Shown: positions 8,001 through 15,972, counted from the stretch's first letter. The stretch: DNA of 23,272 bases from a virus (IMGVR_UViG_3300012667_000768); one strand, 5' to 3'. Notes: generated by a model from the letters alone, not told the origin. Made by a program: numbers and translations.

Positions 8001-8777
8001 GATACTATTACTGCGAATCAGATCGCAGCCAATGCTATCACAGCAACCGAACTAGCTACTAATGCGGTCACTGCCGATAAAATCTCAGCCGGGTCTATTA
8101 CAGCAGGTAAGTTAGCTGCTGGCGAGATTATTTCTGCTTCTGCACAGATCGCTGACGGTATCATAAATACTGCTAAAATTGGAGACTTACAAGTAAATAG
8201 CGCTAAAATAGCTAATCTAACCGTAGGTACTCAGAAAATCGAAGACTTATCTATTACTAGAAGTAGTAGTATCAAGGTTAATTTTAGTGGATTTAGTTAT
8301 GCCACAAATAACGTCTGGTTTGATCTAGCATATTATACAGGCGCAGGCTATGAATATGTAGGGTTTGGCCTAGGAGATTATGAGTATGAAAGCTACTTCT
8401 ACTACGTAGGTCCAGGAAATGGCAGCTACATTTACAATACTGGAGGTAGTATAGCTCTACAGACTTCTATTACAGCAGCCAGTAGTACAGCATCAGCCTC
8501 ACAGGTAGTAGACATTGACGTTCTTCTCACGATCGAAAGAGATGGTGGTAGTGACGATAACGTTGGAGCAAGAGTAATAAGAACAAATGATAGTACAGTA
8601 CTAGGTACCTATTCTACTTTAAGAGCTAGAAGTGGTAAGTCTACTTATGCTTTATTCTTTGTTGATCCTTCTCCCTTACCAGGCGTAGTAAATACGTATA
8701 AAGTTCAGGGATATAATAACTCAGACGACTCACACTACTATGAATGCAGTATAAGAGCCGTTCTATTTAGGAAATAA
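5022..8777 (+). CDS. Central tail fibre/spike protein (1251 aa), partly T5 pb4-like; probable receptor-binding component
   Basis: It follows the hub with an ATGA overlap and has its own SD (TAAGGT, 5007-5012). Two N-terminal repeats (IYLYKRS...P....GWS.T.P...LY...AT......WS) resemble a module of T5 pb4. It also has beta-rich repeats joined by G-x-D linkers, IT(A)xKIAAN decapeptides and a beta-rich C-terminal domain ending RAVLFRK. Confidence 0.8.
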   Translation: MTTYYSSFYPIESADGAKGSAAFLGAITTTIIYLYKRSSVVLSDSDKPDGDVVYTFATADINSSEITNGWSETIPSGSDPLYIVAATATGINPTDTIAANEWSSPTIFAQSGMSTATIFLFKRSNSPTLPSAPSGNTTYTFASGILSGDLYGWSQTAPDTELGKYLFATTATAISTSSTDTISNTEWASVVVLTVNGENGTDGDDGATGLTAYLTNEAHILPASYDGAVLNYDGASGQFKIYQQNIGDVSSSFTLSTVSNPQALTVAYSTNSYTISGGLGDLEDSATLTIRATGSGAYSGVSIDKVFTLTKSKAGTDGSSAKLLSVTSDRQIVNYSGTGSLNPTSQTTNFTVYRQNTTATVTWTIKDTLGNTLTPATYLSGTTGTTNSMTAAQFTAAISVNGARGVVVTASLTDGTTLTDSITLVKVVDGADGQDGNDGSSGIVINLSNDNVTVTAASDGSSPVLTPAVTTVYIYEGATDVSSSWSVTATPSAGVTGTLSGKTYTVTGFTPDTGYVDFTATRSGFANQTIRFTLSKAKAGTNGTPATMYEVEASTSAIRKDSSGTYSPTALAVNAYSTTGSSGRSSYAGRFIIATSGDGSTYTNRYTSGSNEGTYSYSLIAGITHVRVRLYAAGGTSTLLDEEIIPVVSDGTNGTDGTDGTDGDDGSPAISGYLSSESANVFTFADGTPVNFNGINGFFKIISGNSDVTSLATGLSATASGCTGTVNTADNNPVNGQVKGFYRVTAMTGDTATLTLSGTYNGVTITKTYSLSKTKAGYEIVSSLPTTNLFQGRTVVLTTDNKIYRYTGSAWTAEVPAVDISGTLADAQIAAVAASKVTGQLTSAQIASINAATQLTGVVPLVNIPTIPTTNLSGTISTTQIADDAITTAKIAANAITATEIAADTITSNQIAANAITSNELAANSVTAGKIQAGSITATEIASNTITAAKLVAGSITANEIAANTITAAKIQAGAITANEIAANTITAAKIASDTITANQIAANAITATELATNAVTADKISAGSITAGKLAAGEIISASAQIADGIINTAKIGDLQVNSAKIANLTVGTQKIEDLSITRSSSIKVNFSGFSYATNNVWFDLAYYTGAGYEYVGFGLGDYEYESYFYYVGPGNGSYIYNTGGSIALQTSITAASSTASASQVVDIDVLLTIERDGGSDDNVGARVIRTNDSTVLGTYSTLRARSGKSTYALFFVDPSPLPGVVNTYKVQGYNNSDDSHYYECSIRAVLFRK
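6981..7007 (+). repeat. Exact 9-nt tandem repeat (GGGACTGAC)x3 encoding GTD-GTD-GTD in a collagen-like linker
   Basis: Read directly: 6981-6989, 6990-6998 and 6999-7007 are identical, followed by GGA GAC GAT GGT. Confidence 0.97.
7479..7643 (+). repeat. Three degenerate 17-18-aa coding repeats preceding the decapeptide array
   Basis: ISGTLADAQIAAVAASK / VTGQLTSAQIASINAATQ / LTGVVPLVNIPTIPTTN / LSG, pattern [IVL][ST]G-x-[LV]-x3-[QN]I. Confidence 0.75.
7644..8249 (+). repeat. Coding tandem repeat: 16 in-register 10-aa units (consensus xIT(A/S)x(K/E/Q)IAAN), then one 12-aa unit and 3 more degenerate 10-aa units
   Basis: TISTTQIADD to SITAGKLAAG spans 7644-8123 (480 nt = 16 x 30). Then EIISASAQIADG, IINTAKIGDL, QVNSAKIANL, TVGTQKIEDL. 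Confidence 0.95.
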
Positions 8778-8778
8778 T

Positions 8779-9168
8779 ATGTTAAAAACAATAACACTTT
8801 ATAGCACTGTAGATAATAGTTTTGGAGCTATAGTAACAGGAACCGAGGAAGAACTAGAAATCTATCTTTCTTTTCCCCATATAGAGGGTGCTTATGATAA
8901 TAAAATATATAAGTACGATCACATTAATAATATAGCAGTATTAAGGGAATCTCCTCTAGTAGAGAAGCCTTTATTACACGAGCTTAGAAATCAAAGGGAC
9001 GAGCTCTTAGAAGGTTATAGATGGACGATAATGCCAGACAGCCCTCTAGCTAATAACGATGAATGGCTTGTATACTTACAAGCGCTACAAGCTCTACTAA
9101 AAGATGTAACTACAGAAACTACAGATCAAGTAGTGTGGCCTGAAAAACCTCAATACATTTACACATAA
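8779..9168 (+). CDS. Phage tail (fibre) assembly chaperone, Phage_tail_APC-like C-terminal domain
   Basis: The C-terminal half LR.QRD.LL....WT..PDSPL....W..Y.QAL..L...T.....V.WPEKP follows the pattern of the phage tail assembly chaperone family. It starts 1 nt after the fibre stop. Confidence 0.78.
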   Translation: MLKTITLYSTVDNSFGAIVTGTEEELEIYLSFPHIEGAYDNKIYKYDHINNIAVLRESPLVEKPLLHELRNQRDELLEGYRWTIMPDSPLANNDEWLVYLQALQALLKDVTTETTDQVVWPEKPQYIYT

Positions 9169-9208
9169 AAATACCCCGCTACAGATTCCTGTAGCGGGGT
9201 TTCTTTTT
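9169..9208. terminator. Bidirectional Rho-independent terminator between the convergent tail and replication operons
   Basis: Perfect 12-bp stem ACCCCGCTACAG (9173-9184) / CTGTAGCGGGGT (9189-9200) with a 4-nt loop ATTC. It is followed by TTCTTTTT on + and preceded by AAAAAT (T-tract on -). It fills the 38-nt gap between two convergent stop codons. Confidence 0.93.
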
Positions 9209-9428
9209 ACTTAGCTAGTCGTTTGGCGAGTTCTTCGAATCCGCCTACTAGTTCATCGTCCATAACAATCTGTGGCACTGTTCTAGCTTCCGGAAACTTC
9301 TCTAGAAACTCTTCTCTAGTAATATCTTTACCTATCATGGTTTCGATATATTCTAAACCGTAGCCTTTGAGTAAAGCCTTAGATTTAACACAGTAAGGGC
9401 AGTTCTCTTTAGTGTACACTACTATCAT
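9207..9428 (-). CDS. grx: Glutaredoxin (dithiol, CPYC), probable reductant for the class Ia RNR
   Basis: CPYC active site, TVPQI cis-Pro motif and GG turn; 73 aa; ATGA overlap with the nrdB stop. Confidence 0.93.
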   Translation of the reverse strand: MIVVYTKENCPYCVKSKALLKGYGLEYIETMIGKDITREEFLEKFPEARTVPQIVMDDELVGGFEELAKRLAK

Positions 9429-10516
9429 AATGTTATACCTTCAAACATTCCGCTAGTCACATCATTCTTTACTGCACCTACAATATAGGATGTGATCTCG
9501 GTTTCTTGTGGAGCGACCTGAACATCAGAGCCTGCAATCCACTTTTGAGTCCATGGGAGTGGGTTACTAGATACATCATACATCTTACCTAGTCCGATAG
9601 CGACCGCTCTTTTATCAGCCATCCATTCTACATAATTGGCTAATAACTTCTCATTAAGACCAATCAGTGAGCCATCCTTGAATAGATATTTTGCCCAAGC
9701 TTTTTCTTGTGAGACAACGGCCTGAAACATATCAATGCATTCCTGTCGTGTTTCTTCAGCAATTTTTGCGAACTCAGGGTCTTCTTTTGGAAGAATCTTG
9801 AGTAGGTGCTGAGTACTTGCTAAGTGAATATTTTCATCACGAGCAATCAGTTTGATGATCTTGGCATTGCCTTCCATCTTCTTAACTTCAGCAAACGCCC
9901 ATGAGCAGGCAAACGACACATAGAACCTAATACCTTCTAGTGCATTGACTGCATTTAAGCAAAGCCATAGGTCACGTTTATGCGCTAGCTTATGTTTCTT
10001 ATCGTTCTGGAATAATCCAAGCTGGTTATTCGCATGTATAAGTTTGTCATAGTACTTACTAATGTCTTCGGCGCAATCAATGATTTCATTGACCTCGAGC
10101 ATCTCGTCAAAGATTTTTGATGGGTCCGCGTATACATTACGAATAATATGAGTATAAGATCTAGAATGGATAGTCTCAAAGAATGTCCAAGTCTGAATCC
10201 ATGTTTCTAGTTCTGGTAAGGAACAGATAGGTAGAAACGCCATAGAAGGTGCTCTACCCTGAACAGAATCCAGTAATATTTGTCGCTTTAAGTTAGAAGT
10301 AAAGATGTGTTGCTCATGATCACTTAAAGCCTTAAAGTCTTTTTGATCTCTAGATAGATCAATTTCCTCTGGCTTCCAGAAGAAGCCCATTTGCTTTTCT
10401 GTAAGTTTTTCGAATTGAGGATACTTTACAGAATCATACCTAGCTATATCTACCGGAGTATCGAAAAACGCCGTTCTAGTAAGATGACTCTTTTTATCCG
10501 TGTTGAATACTGTCAT
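9425..10516 (-). CDS. nrdB: Ribonucleotide reductase class Ia, beta (R2) subunit
   Basis: FFWKPEEIDL, LLDSVQGR, ETIHSRSY (Fe ligands and radical Tyr), LEGIRFYVSFACS, RDENIH, VAPQETEITSY; SD GAGG upstream of the ATG. Confidence 0.97.
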   Translation of the reverse strand: MTVFNTDKKSHLTRTAFFDTPVDIARYDSVKYPQFEKLTEKQMGFFWKPEEIDLSRDQKDFKALSDHEQHIFTSNLKRQILLDSVQGRAPSMAFLPICSLPELETWIQTWTFFETIHSRSYTHIIRNVYADPSKIFDEMLEVNEIIDCAEDISKYYDKLIHANNQLGLFQNDKKHKLAHKRDLWLCLNAVNALEGIRFYVSFACSWAFAEVKKMEGNAKIIKLIARDENIHLASTQHLLKILPKEDPEFAKIAEETRQECIDMFQAVVSQEKAWAKYLFKDGSLIGLNEKLLANYVEWMADKRAVAIGLGKMYDVSSNPLPWTQKWIAGSDVQVAPQETEITSYIVGAVKNDVTSGMFEGITL

Positions 10517-10697
10517 TAATAACCTCTACAAAGTGGTAAGGGACAACCGTCTGTCCCTTACCCTCTACGAACGTGAGTTCTACTGCTGTCGAGCCAGGCC
10601 TATAAATAGCCTTCTTAACTGTGAAAATCTTACCGGAATCATCCCAGTCATCGGTATTTAATTTTACCTTATCACCTGTTTTGATTAGATTTTGCAT
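10494..10697 (-). CDS. Small hypothetical protein (67 aa), SH3/KOW-like beta-barrel pattern
   Basis: It bridges nrdA and nrdB and overlaps both. The pattern IKTGDKVKL...GKIFTVKK...VELTF...VVPYHFVEVI is typical of small SH3-like barrels. Confidence 0.68.
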   Translation of the reverse strand: MQNLIKTGDKVKLNTDDWDDSGKIFTVKKAIYRPGSTAVELTFVEGKGQTVVPYHFVEVINDSIQHG

Positions 10698-12934
10698 GAG
10701 TCGCAGTCCTCTTCTTCGTTAACCTTAATTTCTCCGGCTCCGTCATATGTATTGAAGTAGTACAGCGTTTTAAGGCCATACTTGTAGCTCATTATTAGAT
10801 GCTTTAACATTTCAGACATAGGAATCTTTTCATCTTCATAGAACTTAGGGTTATATGAAGTATTTGTAGAAATAGATTGATCTATGAATTTTTGTAGTAC
10901 AGCACAAATCTTGAGATAGCCTTCTGGAGACTTCTGATCCCAAAGCATTTCGTACTTCTTAGCTAAGTGCTTAGAGTCAGGTACAACTTGCTTTAGCACT
11001 CCATCCTTGGATTGCTTAATAGAAACAATACTTCGTGGAGGCTCAATACCGTTAGTAGCATTACTAATCTGTGATGAAGTTTCAGAAGGCATCAAAGCCA
11101 TTAGCGTAGAGTTAAAGATACCAACTTCAAGAAGCTGTTCTCTAAGTCCATCCCAATCCATTCTATAGACAGGCTTGACTAGTTCATCTACTTCTCTCTT
11201 ATAGGTATCAATAGGAACTACACCAAATTCATACTTAGTCTCGTCAGACTTATTGCAAGCACCAAACTCTTCCGCTAGGTCTGCGGAGGCTCGAATCAAG
11301 TAGTATGACCATGCTTCCGCATACTCATGGATTAAGTCTAAGTCAGGATCAGTATAATTAGTTCCATTCTTAGCCATCCAGTAAGCAAAATTAACAATAC
11401 CGATGCCAAGAGGACGTCGGTTTAGTGTGCTTAACTCTGCTGCGATAATAGGATACTCCTGACTATCAATCAGTGCGTTCAAAGCCCTGACAGCTAGAGT
11501 ACATGGCTTTTCAAAGTCCGAAGGCTTTCTAATGTTGCCCCAGTTAATAGCAGCTAGAATACAAAGACTAATCTCTCCCGTATCATCCCAAATATGCTCT
11601 AGTGGCTTAGTTGGTAGTGTAATCTCTTGACATAGATTAGACATTTTGATAGGAGCTAGATTAGGTAAGAATGAGCCGTGAGTATTACAATGGTCTACAT
11701 TCATTAGATAGATACGTCCAGTATCCTTTCGCTCCTGCATAAAGCTAGAGAAAAGGTCAATAGCTGGAACTACCTTCTTTCTAATATCCTTACGTTCTTC
11801 GTATGCTTCGTATAGCTCTCTGAATAAATCAGTATTACTAAAGAAAGCCTCATACATATCAGGGCAGTCGTTAGGCGAGAATAGAGTAATATTTCCGCCT
11901 GTTAAAAGACGCTCATACATTACTTTATTAAACTGCACAGAGTAGTCTAAGTGGCGAATACGGTTCTCGTCTGTGCCCTTATTGTTCTTAAGAACTAGTA
12001 GATCTTCTACTTCTAAGTGCCAGATTGGGTAGTGTAGAGTTGCTGCTCCTCCTCGTACGCCGCCTTGAGAGCAGCTTTTGACCGCCGTCTGGAAGTGCTT
12101 ATAAAACGGTAGCACACCAGTGTGGCTAGCATCACCGTTCCTAATGGGAGAACCAATAGCACGAATCCTTCCCGCGCCGATACCAATTCCTGCTTTTTGA
12201 GATACGTACTTAACAATCGCGCCCGATGTAGCAGTGATTGAGTCAAGGCTATCCTCCGTTTCAATTAATACGCAAGAACTAAATTGACGTTGCGGCGTTC
12301 TTGCACCAGCCATAATAGGTGTAGGAAAGCTAATATCGAAAGTCGATAGAGCATCATATAATTCCTTAACCCATTTTAGTCTATCTACCTTGTAGTTAGC
12401 AAACAGCGTCATAGCAATGAGCATAAATGCAACTTGAGGCGTTTCAAATATCTGACCAGTAGCTCTATTCTTCACTAGATACTTACCACGGAATTGCTCC
12501 ATAGCAGCATAAGTCAAGTTATAGTCTCTATTGTGGTCGATATAGTTATCTAAGATCTTCCAGTCTTTTTCAGAATACTTCTTTAGAAGAAATGGATCGT
12601 AGTATCCAGCGGCTACTATTCGCTTCACATGAGCTAATAGAGCTTCTGGCATATATCCATTGTATACTTCTTTACGTAACTGATAGTTAATTAGTCTACC
12701 TGCTACATACTGATATTCAGGAACCTCTTCCGAAATCAGTTCAGCAGCAGACTTAATCATCATTTCATGAATGTCAGAAGTCTTAATGTTATCATAGAAC
12801 TGAATCTGCGATGCTATCTCGATCTCACTAACTGAAACATTATCTAGTCTTTCGCAAGCCCATTCTAAGACAAGATGAATCTTATCAATATTTAACGGTT
12901 CTGTATGCCCGTCTCTTTTTACAACGTTAATCAT
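10685..12934 (-). CDS. nrdA: Ribonucleotide reductase class Ia, alpha (R1) subunit with N-terminal ATP-cone
   Basis: VVKRDG ATP-cone start, FSSCVLI, QGGVRGG, SNLCQEI (Asn/Cys/Glu), SLCIL, KTLYY tyrosine pair and C-terminal CDSC cysteine pair. No intein or intron-sized gap. Confidence 0.97.
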   Translation of the reverse strand: MINVVKRDGHTEPLNIDKIHLVLEWACERLDNVSVSEIEIASQIQFYDNIKTSDIHEMMIKSAAELISEEVPEYQYVAGRLINYQLRKEVYNGYMPEALLAHVKRIVAAGYYDPFLLKKYSEKDWKILDNYIDHNRDYNLTYAAMEQFRGKYLVKNRATGQIFETPQVAFMLIAMTLFANYKVDRLKWVKELYDALSTFDISFPTPIMAGARTPQRQFSSCVLIETEDSLDSITATSGAIVKYVSQKAGIGIGAGRIRAIGSPIRNGDASHTGVLPFYKHFQTAVKSCSQGGVRGGAATLHYPIWHLEVEDLLVLKNNKGTDENRIRHLDYSVQFNKVMYERLLTGGNITLFSPNDCPDMYEAFFSNTDLFRELYEAYEERKDIRKKVVPAIDLFSSFMQERKDTGRIYLMNVDHCNTHGSFLPNLAPIKMSNLCQEITLPTKPLEHIWDDTGEISLCILAAINWGNIRKPSDFEKPCTLAVRALNALIDSQEYPIIAAELSTLNRRPLGIGIVNFAYWMAKNGTNYTDPDLDLIHEYAEAWSYYLIRASADLAEEFGACNKSDETKYEFGVVPIDTYKREVDELVKPVYRMDWDGLREQLLEVGIFNSTLMALMPSETSSQISNATNGIEPPRSIVSIKQSKDGVLKQVVPDSKHLAKKYEMLWDQKSPEGYLKICAVLQKFIDQSISTNTSYNPKFYEDEKIPMSEMLKHLIMSYKYGLKTLYYFNTYDGAGEIKVNEEEDCDSCKI

Positions 12935-13761
12935 TCATACCTCATTAATCGTCGACCAATATCCTGCACATTGGCATGACCAATAGCTTCCTCGCAGAAA
13001 CTAACTAGGTCCATCAACTCATAGTTGATTAGGATTTGATCCTTGCTGTCATTGACAGCTTGAATAAACTTTTGCTTGCCAGCAAGTGGAATAGCATCGT
13101 AAATATCCATAGCAGAGCCGTACTGTTCAATAAGAGCAGCAGCGCGCTTAGGGCCAACACCAGGAACACCAGGAACATTGTCGCCAGCATCACCAGTAAG
13201 AACCTTGTAGGAAATATACTGATCTGGAGTTACTGGGTAGTCCCACGTATCCAATGTGTGCTCTTTTCGAGTAACATAAGAAAACCTAGAAACACGCTCA
13301 TTAACAAGAAGATCCCAGTCACGATCAGAGCTGATAAGCCAAGCTTGATCAAAGCCATAGTCATGTAACCTAGCGCAGATATACGCTGCAATATCATCAG
13401 CCTCTACTCCCTTATATCTAAATACTCGCATCTGCTTATGCTTGTCCATAGCCTCAAGAACACGCTCATACTCATTAAAGAATAGGCGAGCTTGCTCTTT
13501 CTCTTCTGCAGTCTGCTTATCTACTAGTTCTTTACGATTAGCTTTATACTCTGGATAGAGTCCCTTACGGTATTCAGAGCCGCCCCAATCAGCGGCAATA
13601 ATAATTGTGCCCGCATCATATGACTTAGCTAGAGATAGCACAGTCATAATATAGTCATCAGTAAACTTGGCCGCACCAGAATGCTTCCAGCGGAACGCTA
13701 GGTTCATAGCGTCCACGATCATTAGATTTCCTACTTTGGCTGTGCTGGTAAAATTAGCCAT
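12931..13761 (-). CDS. D15: 5'-3' exonuclease / flap endonuclease, T5 D15-like
   Basis: NLMIVDAMNLAFRW, YRK..YPEYKANR, GVEADD, LISSDRDWD and H3TH motif GDAGDNVPGVPGVGPKRA. Confidence 0.95.
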   Translation of the reverse strand: MANFTSTAKVGNLMIVDAMNLAFRWKHSGAAKFTDDYIMTVLSLAKSYDAGTIIIAADWGGSEYRKGLYPEYKANRKELVDKQTAEEKEQARLFFNEYERVLEAMDKHKQMRVFRYKGVEADDIAAYICARLHDYGFDQAWLISSDRDWDLLVNERVSRFSYVTRKEHTLDTWDYPVTPDQYISYKVLTGDAGDNVPGVPGVGPKRAAALIEQYGSAMDIYDAIPLAGKQKFIQAVNDSKDQILINYELMDLVSFCEEAIGHANVQDIGRRLMRYE

Positions 13762-14183
13762 GTTATATCTTCCTTATCTATCCATTCTTCTAATAACATA
13801 ATATAGCAGTTTAACCATGGAATGTCAATATACTTTTCAACTTTACTAGGTTTAACGTCCGTCCCTACAAATAGCTTGGAGCGGTTATACTTGAATATTA
13901 GTAGAGGCTTTTGTATGCCTGCTTGTTTTTGTAACTTAGTCCACCACTGAACAAAGTCATTTGTTTTACTTGTGAGTATTTTGTCGTTAAAAGGCGACTC
14001 TGCATAGTTTTTTACTTCTATACAAAACACATTCTTAAACTTAGGAATATGTAAGTCGCCCTTAATCAAACCATTACCTGATCCAGGAGTTCTCTCAAAA
14101 GTATAAGGAGTCCTAGAATCTAGGAACTCCTTAACTTTATTTTCTCCCAGTGCACCCTTTGCTCTAGGATTAACCACGATCAA
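13731..14183 (-). CDS. D14: T5 D14-like PD-(D/E)xK nuclease, putative Holliday-junction resolvase; likely start GTG at 14177
   Basis: AKGA.GE..V, ERTPGSG, GDL and IEVK motifs of Hjc-like resolvases; sits between the D13 and D15 homologues as in T5. Confidence 0.85.
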   Translation of the reverse strand: MIVVNPRAKGALGENKVKEFLDSRTPYTFERTPGSGNGLIKGDLHIPKFKNVFCIEVKNYAESPFNDKILTSKTNDFVQWWTKLQKQAGIQKPLLIFKYNRSKLFVGTDVKPSKVEKYIDIPWLNCYIMLLEEWIDKEDITWLILPAQPK

Positions 14184-15972
14184 TCCAGCTAACGCCGTCC
14201 TTTTTCTTGATTACGAGCTTATCCACGAGTGGGTGTGTCCAACTATGTGATACTAGGAATGTATTGAGTCCTTCCTCACGAAGTAGGACTTCAACCAATT
14301 GTTCTCTTCCGTAGTCGTCCAAGACGGAAATGACTTCGTCTAGAAATAGGACATTAATCGTGTTCTTGGAGATACCAGACATAAGCTTTCTGATAGCAAG
14401 GAGAGTAGAGATATTAATACGTGCCATTTCCCCGCTTGACGGGGCATTAATACTAATCTCTTTGCCTTCGTCTGTGACGATAACATTAAGCTTATCACTT
14501 GATATGCTGAACTCGATAGTAAAGCGTCCGTCTGACAATTCCGCAAGATATTCATTAGTGAACACTTCCAAATCTTTAACTAGGTTTTCTAACTTGTAAG
14601 CAATAAGACCATTAGTACTGAAAGCTTTCTTTAGTACTTCTAGATTCTTATACTTGTCCGTAAGCTCCCAGATATCTTCTTTTGCTTCCTTAAGATCTGC
14701 CGCAAACTTTTCATTCTGTTCAAGATAAATATCAATCTTAGAATTATGCTTGAGTGCCTCGTTGTTAGCCGCAGTCAATTGATTAATGTTAGCTGTAGCT
14801 ACAGCCAACTTATTCTTAATCTCCTGAAGGTCATTCTCAAGGTCACTAGCGTCTAAAAATGAAGTATTTAACGATAGATCAACTTGTTGCTCAAGTCGCT
14901 CATATTCTGCTATCTTAGTCTTGATATTAGCTATTAACTTGTTCTCGGACTTAATCTGTTCGATAGCAGATGTTAAGGCTTCTATTCTACCACTAGCGTG
15001 TGATGATACAGTAGTATTCTCTACGATTAAATCATCATAGAAGTTGCGATCAATGTCTTGTAGACAAGTTGGACACTTATCCTCAAGTCCCTTTAGCTTC
15101 TTCAATACTGTATCAGCGGCAGTCTTGCTAGACTGTAGTGTTCCAATCTCATGCTGATATTCATCATAAGATTGCTCTACTAAATCATGCTCTTTGAGTT
15201 TATCAATATCAATCTGCTTAAGTTTATTCTTAAGAGACTCATTCTTCATGATCTTAGTATTGATTTCTTCTACGTTTGAAATTTTCGACGAGAGATCTCC
15301 AATTTCAGAAGAAAAATCAGGTCTATCTGGAATATCCAATATTGGCATATATTCCAAATCTAACTCAGAGTTATTTTTGACCCACTTATTGATTGTCTCT
15401 ATCTTGCCCTCTAACGTGCTTACTTCCGTTCCCAGGCTCTTTGCTGCTTCCTTAAAAAGGTCAAAGAGACGGGTGTACTCGCTAAGATCAAATAGATCAA
15501 TCAGAAATTTTTTGCGAGCAGTGTCAGTAGCTGTGAGAAATGCGAGAGAAGAATTTGTCGATTGATAAACCAACTGTTGGAAGGTTTTAAAATCTATTCC
15601 AATAAGTTCTTCTATTTGCTTAAAAGTATTTGTAGCTGTGTGACTACTTATGTCTTCCTCATTCTTGAAGAGACGTACTTTAATGTTTGAACTACGCTCT
15701 GTAGATACCAAATAGCTATCATTATCGACAGTGAAAGCAAGCTTAATAGTATAGCTACCATCAAGAAGCCTATTAGGAATATCGCTCTTCTTCACTCCCT
15801 TAGAGTTCTTATTGTATAGCACTTCTTCCATAATCAATGGTATAGAAGACTTGCCGTACCCATTAGGAGCAATAATTTGTGTTAAAGGCTCACTACTAAG
15901 ATCTATGGAGTTCTTTGCTCCGAAGCTAAAGCAGTTATCCCACTCTATTGACTTCAGTACTACCGTACTCAT
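14170..15972 (-). CDS. D13: SbcC/Rad50-like recombination ATPase, T5 D13-like
   Basis: Walker A APNGYGKSS, Q-loop YQ, long coiled coil with central zinc-hook KCPTC, signature variant PSSGE, Walker B FLDE and H-loop VSH; SD GGAGG. Confidence 0.94.
   Translation of the reverse strand: MSTVVLKSIEWDNCFSFGAKNSIDLSSEPLTQIIAPNGYGKSSIPLIMEEVLYNKNSKGVKKSDIPNRLLDGSYTIKLAFTVDNDSYLVSTERSSNIKVRLFKNEEDISSHTATNTFKQIEELIGIDFKTFQQLVYQSTNSSLAFLTATDTARKKFLIDLFDLSEYTRLFDLFKEAAKSLGTEVSTLEGKIETINKWVKNNSELDLEYMPILDIPDRPDFSSEIGDLSSKISNVEEINTKIMKNESLKNKLKQIDIDKLKEHDLVEQSYDEYQHEIGTLQSSKTAADTVLKKLKGLEDKCPTCLQDIDRNFYDDLIVENTTVSSHASGRIEALTSAIEQIKSENKLIANIKTKIAEYERLEQQVDLSLNTSFLDASDLENDLQEIKNKLAVATANINQLTAANNEALKHNSKIDIYLEQNEKFAADLKEAKEDIWELTDKYKNLEVLKKAFSTNGLIAYKLENLVKDLEVFTNEYLAELSDGRFTIEFSISSDKLNVIVTDEGKEISINAPSSGEMARINISTLLAIRKLMSGISKNTINVLFLDEVISVLDDYGREQLVEVLLREEGLNTFLVSHSWTHPLVDKLVIKKKDGVSWIDRG

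Noticed and set aside
8331-8447. Possible diversity-generating retroelement variable region (run of NNC codons in an aromatic loop)
   Set aside because: There is no reverse transcriptase, accessory gene or adenine-rich template repeat in the window, and the segment is ~330 nt from the gene end. It would need a template-repeat match elsewhere in the genome.
9425-12934. Introns, inteins or homing endonucleases in nrdA/nrdB (also checked pol and D10)
   Set aside because: The ORFs are continuous, of canonical length and with normally spaced motifs. No HNH, GIY-YIG or LAGLIDADG motif was seen.
13156-13177. 9-nt direct repeat AACACCAGG x2 in D15
   Set aside because: It encodes the conserved VPGVPG part of the H3TH motif and is explained by protein constraint.
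14430-14444. GC-rich hairpin CCCCG-N5-CGGGG at the D13 signature motif, and the non-canonical PSSGE signature
   Set aside because: The stem is only 5 bp, inside coding sequence, with no U-tract. T5-family D13 proteins already have degenerate ABC signatures as recalled.
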